A DNA stretch of 64,000 bases from an uncultured Acidobacteriota bacterium (GCA_963844845.1 CAWJPW010000003.1:723968-787967); one strand, 5' to 3'; shown: positions 42,572 through 51,288, numbered from the stretch's first letter. The notes: generated by a model not told the origin, from the sequence alone. Made by a program: numbers and translations.

Positions 42572-43684
42572 ATGGGCGAGGAGGGACGCGTGGGGGACGG
42601 TGTGAGCGGCGAGGATCAGCTGCGCGAGGGCGACAGTGGCCTCGGCAGACGGGTGGCGCGGCCGGAGGGGAGCCGACTCCTGAGCGCCGCCGAGCAGGAG
42701 GCGCCAGATCCGGGCGGACCGGCAGGCGAGGAGCCGCGGGCGGGTGGCCTACGCCTGCCCGGCTTCCTGTTTGACGCGACCTTCGTGCTGGCGGTGGCGG
42801 CGCTGGGTGCGGTGCTGCTGCTCTTCGTCCTCGCCCAGGCTGCCGCCCTGGCCGAACGCCTCGCCGCCGCGCCACCGTGGCTGCGGTACCCCGGCCTCGC
42901 CGCGGTGGGCCTGCTGCTCGTCGTGGTCGTGCTGGCCGCAGTGCGGCTGGCGTGGCTGTACCTGCGGGTCGGTCACACCGGCCAGGTGGACGTGCGGGCG
43001 CTGGCCGACCTGGCCGAGCGCCAGACAATGCGGCGGTTGGCCCAGGGGCGTTTGGCGGCGGCCGGAGCCCGCTTGCGGCGCTATCTGGAGGGTTACCCGG
43101 TTGAGGGTGCCTCGGCGGCGCGGGGCCTGATGGCGGCGGGGTTCGCCGGTGGCGAGATCGAGCGTCTGCGCAGTCACCGGCGGGTGCTTCTCGACCCCGA
43201 TCTCGACCCCGGCGCCGAAACCTGGCTGCGCGATTTCGAGGGCTCTTTCCAGGCGGTGCTGGATGCTGCGGCGCAGCGGCGAGTACGCGAGGCGGCGCGC
43301 TGGGTGGGGGTGAAGACGGCGGTGACGCCTCGGCTGGTGGACACCGCCATCGTGCTGCATGCGGCGCTACGGCTGGTGGGCGACCTCTGCCGCATCTACC
43401 AGCTGCGTCCGGGAGCCATGGGCACGGCGGTTGTGCTTGGCCGGGCGTTCGTGCTCGCCTACCTCTCCAGCCACATCCAGCAGGCCTCGGAGGACCTCAC
43501 ACGGGATGCCGCCGCCCAGGGGGTGGGGCAGCTCCTGGAGGGGCTGCCCGAGGGCGTCGGTCAGGTGGGCTCGCGGCTGGCCGGAGTGCTGGCGCCGAAG
43601 ATGGCCGAGGGCGCCGCCAACGGCATCCTTCTTTGGCGCCTCGGTACGGCCGCCATCCGTCTTCTCCGACCAGTCGCTGTGTGA
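42572..43684 (+). CDS. ycjF: YcjF-family membrane protein (DUF697/UPF0283)
   Basis: ATG 42572, 8 nt after the ycjX stop. Two adjacent TM helices (FVLAVAALGAVLLLFVLAQAAAL; GLAAVGLLLVVVVLAAVRLAWLYL), then a DUF697-like C-terminal region. Confidence 0.75.
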   Translation: MGEEGRVGDGVSGEDQLREGDSGLGRRVARPEGSRLLSAAEQEAPDPGGPAGEEPRAGGLRLPGFLFDATFVLAVAALGAVLLLFVLAQAAALAERLAAAPPWLRYPGLAAVGLLLVVVVLAAVRLAWLYLRVGHTGQVDVRALADLAERQTMRRLAQGRLAAAGARLRRYLEGYPVEGASAARGLMAAGFAGGEIERLRSHRRVLLDPDLDPGAETWLRDFEGSFQAVLDAAAQRRVREAARWVGVKTAVTPRLVDTAIVLHAALRLVGDLCRIYQLRPGAMGTAVVLGRAFVLAYLSSHIQQASEDLTRDAAAQGVGQLLEGLPEGVGQVGSRLAGVLAPKMAEGAANGILLWRLGTAAIRLLRPVAV

Positions 43685-43718
43685 GTGCTCCGGGGCGAGG
43701 GGCTTGGTGTGGCGAGGT

Positions 43719-44013
43719 CCAGCCACCGGGGCACGCCAGCCGCTTCGCGGCCTTCCGGCCACTCGAGTCGGGCCCCGAGCGCACGCGAGCGTGCGCCGGA
43801 CGCCTCCCTCGCAGCCGGCCGTGGCTGCGCCACGGCGCCGTGCCCTGGCGCCGCCACCGCCCCGGAGCACAGGTCCTCCGGCGGGAGTGCCGTCCTTGAC
43901 GTCTTCCCTGGAGCGCGGTCTCCCTTGCGGCGCGTTGGCGGGAAACGTCAAGGGGGGCTCCCACGGCCCTTGGCCTTCGGAGTACTGGCCCCAAACAAGC
44001 AGGCAGGCGACTC
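43719..44013 (-). repeat. GC-rich structured repeat, copy 2 (contiguous, inverted relative to copy 1)
   Basis: The reverse complement aligns to 11903-12060 plus 12621-12754. It fills the convergent spacer between ycjF (stop at 43684) and the acyltransferase gene (stop at 44023). Confidence 0.8.
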
Positions 44014-44022
44014 GATCCTTCG

Positions 44023-44928
44023 TCACGTGGGCGGCGCGGGCTCGGTCCGCCACCGGCGATGCATCCAGACCCACTGCTCGGGATGGGAGCGGACCTGGGC
44101 CTCGATGGCGGCGGTTGCCGCGGTAGTGAGGGCTGCGACCCGGTCCTCGGAGGATCCGCCGGGATCGGGCAGCGGAGGGTGAACCTCGGCGTGGTGACGG
44201 CCGTCGGGAAGGCGGTGGATGAAGGCTGGCACCACCGGTACGCCGAGACGCACCGCCAACGTCGCGGCGCCGGTAGGGGTCCAGGCGGGGCGGCCGAAGA
44301 AGCTGACGAACGTCGCGGGCACGTCGCGGATGTCCTGGTCGATGAGCAGCCCGGTCACCCGGTTGGCGAGAAGGGCGCGGGCCAGTGCGCGGCCGGCCGC
44401 CGGCCCGCGGACCACGACCTCGGCGCCGAAGCGGGCCCGCAGCGCAGTGGCGAGATCGTGGAGACGAGGGTCGTAGACCTCGCGCACGGCGATACTCATG
44501 GGGATCCCTCCCACTCCGAGACGGGCGTTGAGCAGCTCCCAGTTGCCGCAGTGCCCGGTCACCAGGACCGCGCCGCGGCCGGCTGAGCGGGCGTCCGCCA
44601 GGTGGCGGTCACCGCTCAGCGTGGCGAGCTCGGCTACGCGCGCGGCTGATGCCCGCCAGAGCCATATCACTTCGGCCAGGTTGAGGCCGAGATGGCGGGC
44701 GCTGGCGCGCAGCAGCCGCTCCCTGGCGGGCTCGTCCAGCCCGGGAAAGGCGATGGCGAGGTGGGCGCGCGCCCGGGCTCCGTCGGTGGCGGCCAGCGTC
44801 AGCGCGAGTCGGCCGGCGGCTGCGCCCAACGGTCGGAGCAACTGCAAGCCGAGGTGGCCTCCGATGGCGAGGAGTGCGCGGAACGGGTAGTAGACCAGGT
44901 CATGGCGCAGACGGTGGCGCGCGGACAT
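44023..44928 (-). CDS. lysophospholipid/lipid A biosynthesis acyltransferase (LpxL/HtrB family)
   Basis: VTGHCGNWELL (H-x4 acyltransferase motif). Overall LpxL-like length, with an N-terminal hydrophobic segment. Confidence 0.8.
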   Translation of the reverse strand: MSARHRLRHDLVYYPFRALLAIGGHLGLQLLRPLGAAAGRLALTLAATDGARARAHLAIAFPGLDEPARERLLRASARHLGLNLAEVIWLWRASAARVAELATLSGDRHLADARSAGRGAVLVTGHCGNWELLNARLGVGGIPMSIAVREVYDPRLHDLATALRARFGAEVVVRGPAAGRALARALLANRVTGLLIDQDIRDVPATFVSFFGRPAWTPTGAATLAVRLGVPVVPAFIHRLPDGRHHAEVHPPLPDPGGSSEDRVAALTTAATAAIEAQVRSHPEQWVWMHRRWRTEPAPPT

Positions 44929-45055
44929 GAGCGAAGTGTAACGCAGCGCTCGGTTGGCCCCGGGAGCATCGCCGGGGTCGTTCGGCAGTCGCAGAATCGC
45001 GGTCCAAGTGCTGATCTGTCAGCGTGTATACTGGCGCGGGAAGGAGGAGGACGCC

Positions 45056-46900
45056 GTGCCGCAGACGCCCGTTGTGCTCGTGGCCGATAGCTCCGCAGAA
45101 CGACGCCGCACCCTTGGTTTGGCCCTGTACGAGGGCGGCTACGAGGTCATCAATGCGGTGAACGGCGAGGAAGCACTGCGCTTTACCGCCGGTCTCAACC
45201 CAACCCTCACCATGGTGCACACGGGTCTCGAGGGCCTCGACCCTGACGAGCTGCGTCGCAGGGTGGCAGCCACAGGCCTCGAGGTCCCCCCGTTCCTTGT
45301 TCTCTTCGACGATCCATCCCAGGCTGCCGAGGACCCCCCCGACGCGGTCTACTACCTCTCCTCCACCGAGCTCGAACCGCAGCGGCTGCTGCAACAGGTG
45401 CGCCTCCTGCTGTTGGGCCGCGAGATCGGTGGTGACCTCTCCGATACCATCGATGTCCTCTATGGCGACTTCACGCGCATTCCCTTCGGCGACCTCCTGC
45501 GCGTTCTCGCCAAGCACGTCATCACCGGGCACGTGACAGTGGCGGTTGGTCCCTCCCCCGGAGTGTGGTTCAACGACGGCGAGGTCGTGGGAGCGCACTG
45601 GGGCAGCCTCGGGGGGCGCAAGGCGTTCAACCGCATCGCCGCACTGCGCACGGGCGGGTTTACTCTCACCCTCGAGACGCCACCCGAGGGGCGTACCATC
45701 GACGCGGATCTCGCCAGCCTGGTGAGCGACGCCCTCGACGAGCGCATGCAGCTGGAGGAGGCGTACCGCCGGCTCCCGTCCCTCGCCGCCAAGGTGACGG
45801 TGAAGATGGGCGAGGACTTCTTCTCCATCCAGTTCTCGTCCCTCGAGCGCGAGATTCTCACCATGGTTCAACGCGCGCGCAATCTCGGCGAGCTCATCGA
45901 CCGCGTCGCTGCCACCGACGCCGTGGTGCTGCAGATCGTCGAGGGCCTGGTGCAGCGCGGAATCCTGGTGCTGACCGAGCCGGAGCAGGTCGTGCACGTG
46001 GTCACAGACTCCACGGGAGACCTGCTCCCCTCGCTGGTGCGGCGGATGCAGATCACAGTGGTGCCGCTGTCGGTGCTCTTCGGCAAGTCGGTGTTCAAGG
46101 ACGGCATCGACCTGCAGCCCGACCAGTTCTACGCCAAGCTCCGGGAGTCGACGGCTCTTCCCTCCACCAGCCCGCCAACCAAGGGCGAGTTCCTGCAGGC
46201 TTACCGTCGACTGATAGGCAGCGGCGACATCCTCTCCATCCACATCTCGGGCAAGCTCTCGAAGACGCCTGTACACGCGGCGGCAGCCGCCGCGGACGGG
46301 AGTGGCGAGTTCAAGCAGCTTCGCGACGAGACGGGTATGCCCGGCACGCCGATAGTGAGGGTGGTGGACTCATGGCAGACGTCGGTGGGGCTCGGCATGC
46401 TGACGGTGTTCGCCCGCCGGCTCGCCAGCCGTGGACTCGGCGTGGACGAGATTGCCGATCGCCTGGAAGGATTCCGCGACCGTGGTCACCTGCTGTTCAT
46501 CGTCGACACCCTGGAGTACCTGCAGAAGGGCGGCCGCATCGGCAAGGCGCAGGCGTGGTTGGGCGGGTTGCTGGGGATCAAGCCGATCCTGGGCTTGGTG
46601 AACGGCGAGGTGACGCCGGTGGACCGGGTGCGCGGCGGACGCAAGACGCACGCGCGCCTGCTCGAGATCGCGCATGAGCACGTCGATGCGAAACGACCGA
46701 TATTCGCCGCCGTGGCGCACTCGTCGGCGCCGAAGTGGGCGGGCCGTCTCCGCGAGCTGCTCAGCCAGAGCTTCAAGGTGGTGGAGGTGCTCGACGGCGA
46801 GATCGGCCCGGTAGTGGGGACGCACGTGGGTCCGGGCTGCGTCGGTGCGTTCTTCTTCCAGCCAACGCCGGAGGAGCTGGAGCTCTTGAAACCTGAGTGA
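45056..46900 (+). CDS. pseudo-receiver / DUF4388 / DegV fusion protein
   Basis: GTG 45056 preceded by AAGGAGGAGG. Receiver-like fold with His at the acceptor position (TLTMVHTGLEGLD). DUF4388-like GDFTRIPFGDLLRVLAKHVITGHVTV...FNDGEVVGAHW. C-terminal DegV (VVTDSTGDL...PSTSPPTKGEF...SIHISGKLSKT...LQKGGRIGKA). Confidence 0.85.
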   Translation: MPQTPVVLVADSSAERRRTLGLALYEGGYEVINAVNGEEALRFTAGLNPTLTMVHTGLEGLDPDELRRRVAATGLEVPPFLVLFDDPSQAAEDPPDAVYYLSSTELEPQRLLQQVRLLLLGREIGGDLSDTIDVLYGDFTRIPFGDLLRVLAKHVITGHVTVAVGPSPGVWFNDGEVVGAHWGSLGGRKAFNRIAALRTGGFTLTLETPPEGRTIDADLASLVSDALDERMQLEEAYRRLPSLAAKVTVKMGEDFFSIQFSSLEREILTMVQRARNLGELIDRVAATDAVVLQIVEGLVQRGILVLTEPEQVVHVVTDSTGDLLPSLVRRMQITVVPLSVLFGKSVFKDGIDLQPDQFYAKLRESTALPSTSPPTKGEFLQAYRRLIGSGDILSIHISGKLSKTPVHAAAAAADGSGEFKQLRDETGMPGTPIVRVVDSWQTSVGLGMLTVFARRLASRGLGVDEIADRLEGFRDRGHLLFIVDTLEYLQKGGRIGKAQAWLGGLLGIKPILGLVNGEVTPVDRVRGGRKTHARLLEIAHEHVDAKRPIFAAVAHSSAPKWAGRLRELLSQSFKVVEVLDGEIGPVVGTHVGPGCVGAFFFQPTPEELELLKPE

Positions 46901-47167
46901 CCCCAGCCTGCAGCGGGGAGCGACCGTCGACTGCGGCCGCAGGTCCGCCGGCCAGGGCGGTGCTACTCCCGGCGACGGCGGCCGGCGTCCGAGGCGGCCG
47001 CAGCGGTCAGCGGCAGCATCCGGGGCGGCGGCGGTGGTCAGGGACAACGGTCGGCGGCGGCGTGTGCGGGGCGAAGTGTCTCCCGGCTTCCGCCGGCGGC
47101 CGAGGGTGGGTGGGCCTTTTACTCTTTTCTCTTCACTCTTCACCTTCGAGAGCCACCGCGGACCTGC

Positions 47168-49282
47168 TTACTTGCCCGTCCACGCCTCGATCTTCGTGAT
47201 CCGGGCGCGAACGCCGTCCACCTCGACCTCGTCGCCCACTCGTGAGCCGATGAGGTGCTGGGCCACGTCGGCGCCGTTGGCGTAGATCCGACACTCGACG
47301 TCGGCATCCCAGGGCCCGAGGATCGTCACTGGCGGCAGGACTCCGTCCGCCGGGGACTCCAGGTGCACCACCGTGCCGATGTTCACCTGCGAGGTCTTGG
47401 CGGTGCCGGGTTCGAGGATGCGGACCTGCGCCAGCTCACGCTGGAGCTTGGCGGCGCGCGCCGACTGCAGCTCCTGGCGGTCGCGCAGCATGTGGTACTC
47501 GAAGTTCTCACGCAGGTCGCCCTCCGCGGCGGCGGCGTTGATCCCCTTGAGGGTCTTCGGGATCTCCACCTCGAGGAGGTTCTTGAGCTCGGCCTGCCGG
47601 GTCGCCACCGCACGGCGGGTTGCCACCAACATGGGCGTGTCGTCGTGCTGTGGCCGCACCCCACGCTGCGCCGCCGCCTGCTTCACGAGGCCGGCGCGCT
47701 GAGGCTCCACTACGTCGAGGCGGTCGATGCGCTGGGCAAACCGCTCCGCCTGCTGTGGCGAGGCGCTCTCGAGGATCAGCCGGATTGCCACCTGGCCGCC
47801 GTCCAGCAGGGCCTTTGAACGAGCTCGGAGAGGCGCGAACTCCTTGCGTGAGAGGAGATCCGGTATTCGTTCGAGGATCGACGGCGTCATCCGTCGCGTG
47901 AGGGCCTCGGATGCGTCCTCGCGCACCATGGCTTCGCAGGCCCACACGAGGCGCGGACCGTGCTGAAGGTAGTCGCGGAAAATCGACTCAAGGGCCGCGT
48001 CGAGCAGCTCCTCATGTCCGCTCGCGAGCAGAGTGGCGGTGATGGTGTCGAGGTTGGCAGGGTGCTCCTCATGGAGGAGCCAGTCGCTCCACACCACGGG
48101 CCAGATCTCCGCGTGGGTGCGGCGCAGGCCCTCCAGCGCTTCGAGCCGCGCACTGCGGTCTTCGATTCCCGCGAGCAGATGCTGGGGGTCGGCCGCGACG
48201 AGAACACGCTCGAGGCTGGCGGCGGCGTCGGCAGCACCGGCGGGCAGCGACGCGAGGGCCGACGCGGTCTCCCAGGCCAGCCCGGCATCGGTACCCTCGA
48301 GCTCGGCGAGCGAATCGCGGAGGATTGCAGCGGCGTCAGCTGCGACCCCCTCGCCGCGGGCAGCGGCCCGCTTGGCCACCGCCAGGCGGTCGCGCGGGGC
48401 CGCGGTCTGGAGCTCGACGAGGATCGCTTCGGCGGCGTCCGCGGCCGAAGCAGTAACCTGGTACTTCAGGCGAGAGCCCGAGCCGCTGTGCACGATACGC
48501 GGGTGCTTGCGCGCGCGGTTCCACCACTGGGTCCACTGCTTGGCCGGGAGAAGTCCGTCCAGAGCACCCTTGATGGCGGCCACGTCGGACGGCTCGCCCT
48601 GCGCCTCGAGAATCTCCGTCAGGGCGTTTCCCGGCTCGGCGGCCACGAATGCCGCAAGGGCCTCGGGCTCCACGACCTTGCGGTGGAGGAAGCTGCCGGG
48701 TCGCAGGCGCCGGACATAGCGGGATAGGGCACCGAAGGGTATGGATAGGGGCCGGGCGCCACCCACGTCCACCTTGACGTTGTCGAGCTCGAGGTTGAGG
48801 TCGATCACCCTCCCCACGCCCTGCCCCTGCACCTCGACCACCGTGCCCACGTCGTGGTCGAGCCACTGCTCCATGGTCTCGAGAACCAGGAGGGGGCGGC
48901 GAGCCTCCACGAGCCCGAAGTGGGCTCGGACGCGGTCGAGCGTGGGTGAGTCTGCCCGGGCCGCGACAAAGGCTCGCTCGAGGCGCTGGCGGAGGGCGTC
49001 GTCGGGCTTCGGTGACAGGCGTACGACCTCACGCACGGCGGCCAGTGCGGCAGCGCCCTCACCGCGCTCGTCGAGGGCATCCACTAAGAGCTCGAGGAGG
49101 GTGAGGGCCAGCGTCTTCTGGCCCGTCTGCCAGAGCTCGCGGCGGACCTCCAGCAGGGCGTCCACCGGAACGGGATCGAGGTCGAGCGCCTCCAGCCAGA
49201 GCTCCTCGACGCGATCCCAGGAGGACGTTTCCATCGCGCTCTCGAGCGCACCCAGGGGGGTTGTCTCTGCGGAATCGGTCAT
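47168..49282 (-). CDS. GreA/GreB-family protein with ~530-aa N-terminal helical extension
   Basis: ATG 49282. The C-terminal ~170 aa are GreA-like: AAAEGDLRENFEYHMLRDRQ (coiled-coil tip acidic residues) and ...VTILGPWDAD...IGSRVGDEVEVDG (FKBP-like CTD). Confidence 0.8.
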   Translation of the reverse strand: MTDSAETTPLGALESAMETSSWDRVEELWLEALDLDPVPVDALLEVRRELWQTGQKTLALTLLELLVDALDERGEGAAALAAVREVVRLSPKPDDALRQRLERAFVAARADSPTLDRVRAHFGLVEARRPLLVLETMEQWLDHDVGTVVEVQGQGVGRVIDLNLELDNVKVDVGGARPLSIPFGALSRYVRRLRPGSFLHRKVVEPEALAAFVAAEPGNALTEILEAQGEPSDVAAIKGALDGLLPAKQWTQWWNRARKHPRIVHSGSGSRLKYQVTASAADAAEAILVELQTAAPRDRLAVAKRAAARGEGVAADAAAILRDSLAELEGTDAGLAWETASALASLPAGAADAAASLERVLVAADPQHLLAGIEDRSARLEALEGLRRTHAEIWPVVWSDWLLHEEHPANLDTITATLLASGHEELLDAALESIFRDYLQHGPRLVWACEAMVREDASEALTRRMTPSILERIPDLLSRKEFAPLRARSKALLDGGQVAIRLILESASPQQAERFAQRIDRLDVVEPQRAGLVKQAAAQRGVRPQHDDTPMLVATRRAVATRQAELKNLLEVEIPKTLKGINAAAAEGDLRENFEYHMLRDRQELQSARAAKLQRELAQVRILEPGTAKTSQVNIGTVVHLESPADGVLPPVTILGPWDADVECRIYANGADVAQHLIGSRVGDEVEVDGVRARITKIEAWTGK

Positions 49283-49299
49283 GGCGTCTCCGGCGAGTG

Positions 49300-49323
49300 C
49301 GACGCCGTCTTGCGACGGCGTCG
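49300..49323. promoter_or_regulatory. perfect palindrome in the divergent GreA-like / ChaN-like control region
   Basis: cgacgccgtc-ttgc-gacggcgtcg (10-bp arms), 18 nt upstream of the GreA-like start codon. Confidence 0.4.
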
Positions 49324-49414
49324 AGCGAGGGCATTGTAGCAGTGCCGCCGCCACTCTTTCCAAGTGCCGCGCGATTCTTTACCGTGGGAGTCGATATTTC
49401 AGAAGGAGGCCGAC

Positions 49415-51034
49415 ATGGCACAGTGGCGCCGGCGCGCCGTGGGAGGGTTGATGATCGCGCTCATAGCGAGCCTTGGAGGAACCGGGGAGCTGGATCTGCT
49501 GCCCCTTGGGGACGCGGCACGGGCGCTCGCGGTCGGGGCCGCCGCGCCGGGGGCGTTCTACGACTGTGCCGCCGGCGACGAGCTCGACCTGGAGGGGGTG
49601 GTGGCCAGGCTGGGGCAGGCGCGGGTGATCCTCCTCGGCGAGGACCACACCAGCATGCCCCAGAAGGAGCTCCAGGCCAGCATCCTCGACAAGCTGGCGG
49701 GCGGGGGTGGGCAGGTGGTGCTGGGGATGGAGTTCTTTCAACGCGACGACGCCGAGGCGCTGGCGCGTTGGGGCCGCGGCGAGCTGGACGACGAAGGGCT
49801 GCTGCTGGCCACCCGCTGGTACGACCGCGGCGGCTATCGCTTCGAGTACTACCGCACCGTCATGGAGGTGGCTAAGCGTCACGGCGTCCGGGTGGCCGGC
49901 CTCAACATCCCCCGGGCCATCGTGCGCGCGGTGAACCGCGGCGGGCTCGACGCCCTCTCGCCGGAGCAGAGGCAGCAGGTGGGCGAGGTCACGACCGGAG
50001 GCTCACCCCAGCACCGCTACCTCATCCGCCGCTACTTCGGGGAGTCAGCGGCGATGATGCCTGCGAGCTGGTTCGGCAACATGTACGCCGCGCAGTGCGT
50101 GTGGGACACGGCCATGGCGCGATCGATCCTCGACGATCTCCCGTCGGACGGCGTCATCGTGGTCGTTGTGGGTGCCGGTCACGTGGCCTTTGACCTGGGC
50201 ATTGCGCGGCGAATCCACGAGGAGTGCGCTCGCCGCGGTATCGCGGACGTCACCGTGGCGAGCTTCGTGCCGGTCACGGCGCCGCCGCCGGCCCCGAGCG
50301 ACGAGTTGGGCGGGCACCCCATGGGCGAGGGCGGGCACGACGACTCACCGGTTCAGCCCCCGGGGAGGTTCTCCCGCGCCTTGGCCGACGTCGTCGGCGT
50401 CTTCGCCGACACCGGCGGGGTGGAGGCCTTCCCTCGCCTCGGGGTCTCTCTGGGCGAGAGCGAGGACGACGCCACCACCGTACGGATGGTCTGGCCGGAC
50501 ACCTTTGCGGAGTCGGCGGGGCTCGAGACCGGTGATCGGATCCTCGACGTCAACGGCGGGACCTTCCGCGACGCCTCTCACCTGCGCCTCCTCCTCGCCC
50601 GCTTCCAATGGGGCGACCGGATGGATCTGAGGGTTGCGAGGGGCGACCAGGAGCTCTCGTGCGCGGCTCTCCTTGAACCCGACGTGAGTGACACCGAGAC
50701 GACCACCGCCCCCGGCTACGAGGTGACCGCGGTCCAACCGGTGGATCCCGCCGGTGACGCACCTCTAGGCGTGGACGTGGGGTCCATGTGGCCGCCGCAG
50801 CTGAGTCGTGTGCTGGTGTCGCGGGACGGCGCACCGCTGCGGGTGGAGGTGCGGCTCGGTGACGCGCTGATGGCGGTGCACGAGGTGGATGGCGCCACGC
50901 GTACGGTGCGGAGCCTCTACCGCGAGCCGCTTTCCGACGACGCCGTGGAGGTGCGTTACCTGCGCGCCCCCGACGGCACCGTGACCGAGGAGCAGCGCTA
51001 CGATCGTACCGGCGCCCGGCTCACGAGCCCCTGA
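49415..51034 (+). CDS. ChaN/Tiki-superfamily protein fused to a PDZ domain, secreted
   Basis: ATG 49415 preceded by GAAGGAGG. Signal peptide. VILLGEDHTSM...VVLGMEFFQRDD...QCVWDTAMA (ChaN-type). PDZ-like ESAGLETGDRILDVNGGTF. An extra ~140-aa C-terminal region. Confidence 0.75.
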   Translation: MAQWRRRAVGGLMIALIASLGGTGELDLLPLGDAARALAVGAAAPGAFYDCAAGDELDLEGVVARLGQARVILLGEDHTSMPQKELQASILDKLAGGGGQVVLGMEFFQRDDAEALARWGRGELDDEGLLLATRWYDRGGYRFEYYRTVMEVAKRHGVRVAGLNIPRAIVRAVNRGGLDALSPEQRQQVGEVTTGGSPQHRYLIRRYFGESAAMMPASWFGNMYAAQCVWDTAMARSILDDLPSDGVIVVVVGAGHVAFDLGIARRIHEECARRGIADVTVASFVPVTAPPPAPSDELGGHPMGEGGHDDSPVQPPGRFSRALADVVGVFADTGGVEAFPRLGVSLGESEDDATTVRMVWPDTFAESAGLETGDRILDVNGGTFRDASHLRLLLARFQWGDRMDLRVARGDQELSCAALLEPDVSDTETTTAPGYEVTAVQPVDPAGDAPLGVDVGSMWPPQLSRVLVSRDGAPLRVEVRLGDALMAVHEVDGATRTVRSLYREPLSDDAVEVRYLRAPDGTVTEEQRYDRTGARLTSP

Positions 51035-51288
51035 CGTGGGGCCGCGGGCGTGACGGACGTCGGTCGAGCCAGAGAGCCGGCTGCCCGCGCGGGCCACCTG
51101 GTCGGAGTTGAAGTGGTCAGGCAACGCCCGACCCTGGAGGCACCAGCGTCCCGTGTGGGAGGTCCTGCGTGCCACTCTCGCCGGCGGTGCGGCTCGCACC
51201 CGGGCCGCCGCGCCGGGCCCGGCCTCGACGGAACCGACGCCGCTGCACTGTGGAACGTGCTGAGAGTCTTTGTCGTGAAAGTCTTACG

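Noticed and set aside
49333-49363. Minus-strand TACAAT (49333-49338) with TTGGAA (49358-49363) as a promoter for the GreA-like gene. Also TATACT at 45027-45032 before the DegV-fusion gene.
   Set aside because: The -10 boxes are attractive in a high-GC context. However, the first has a 19-nt spacer and the second has no convincing -35. They are not reported as features without transcription-start data.
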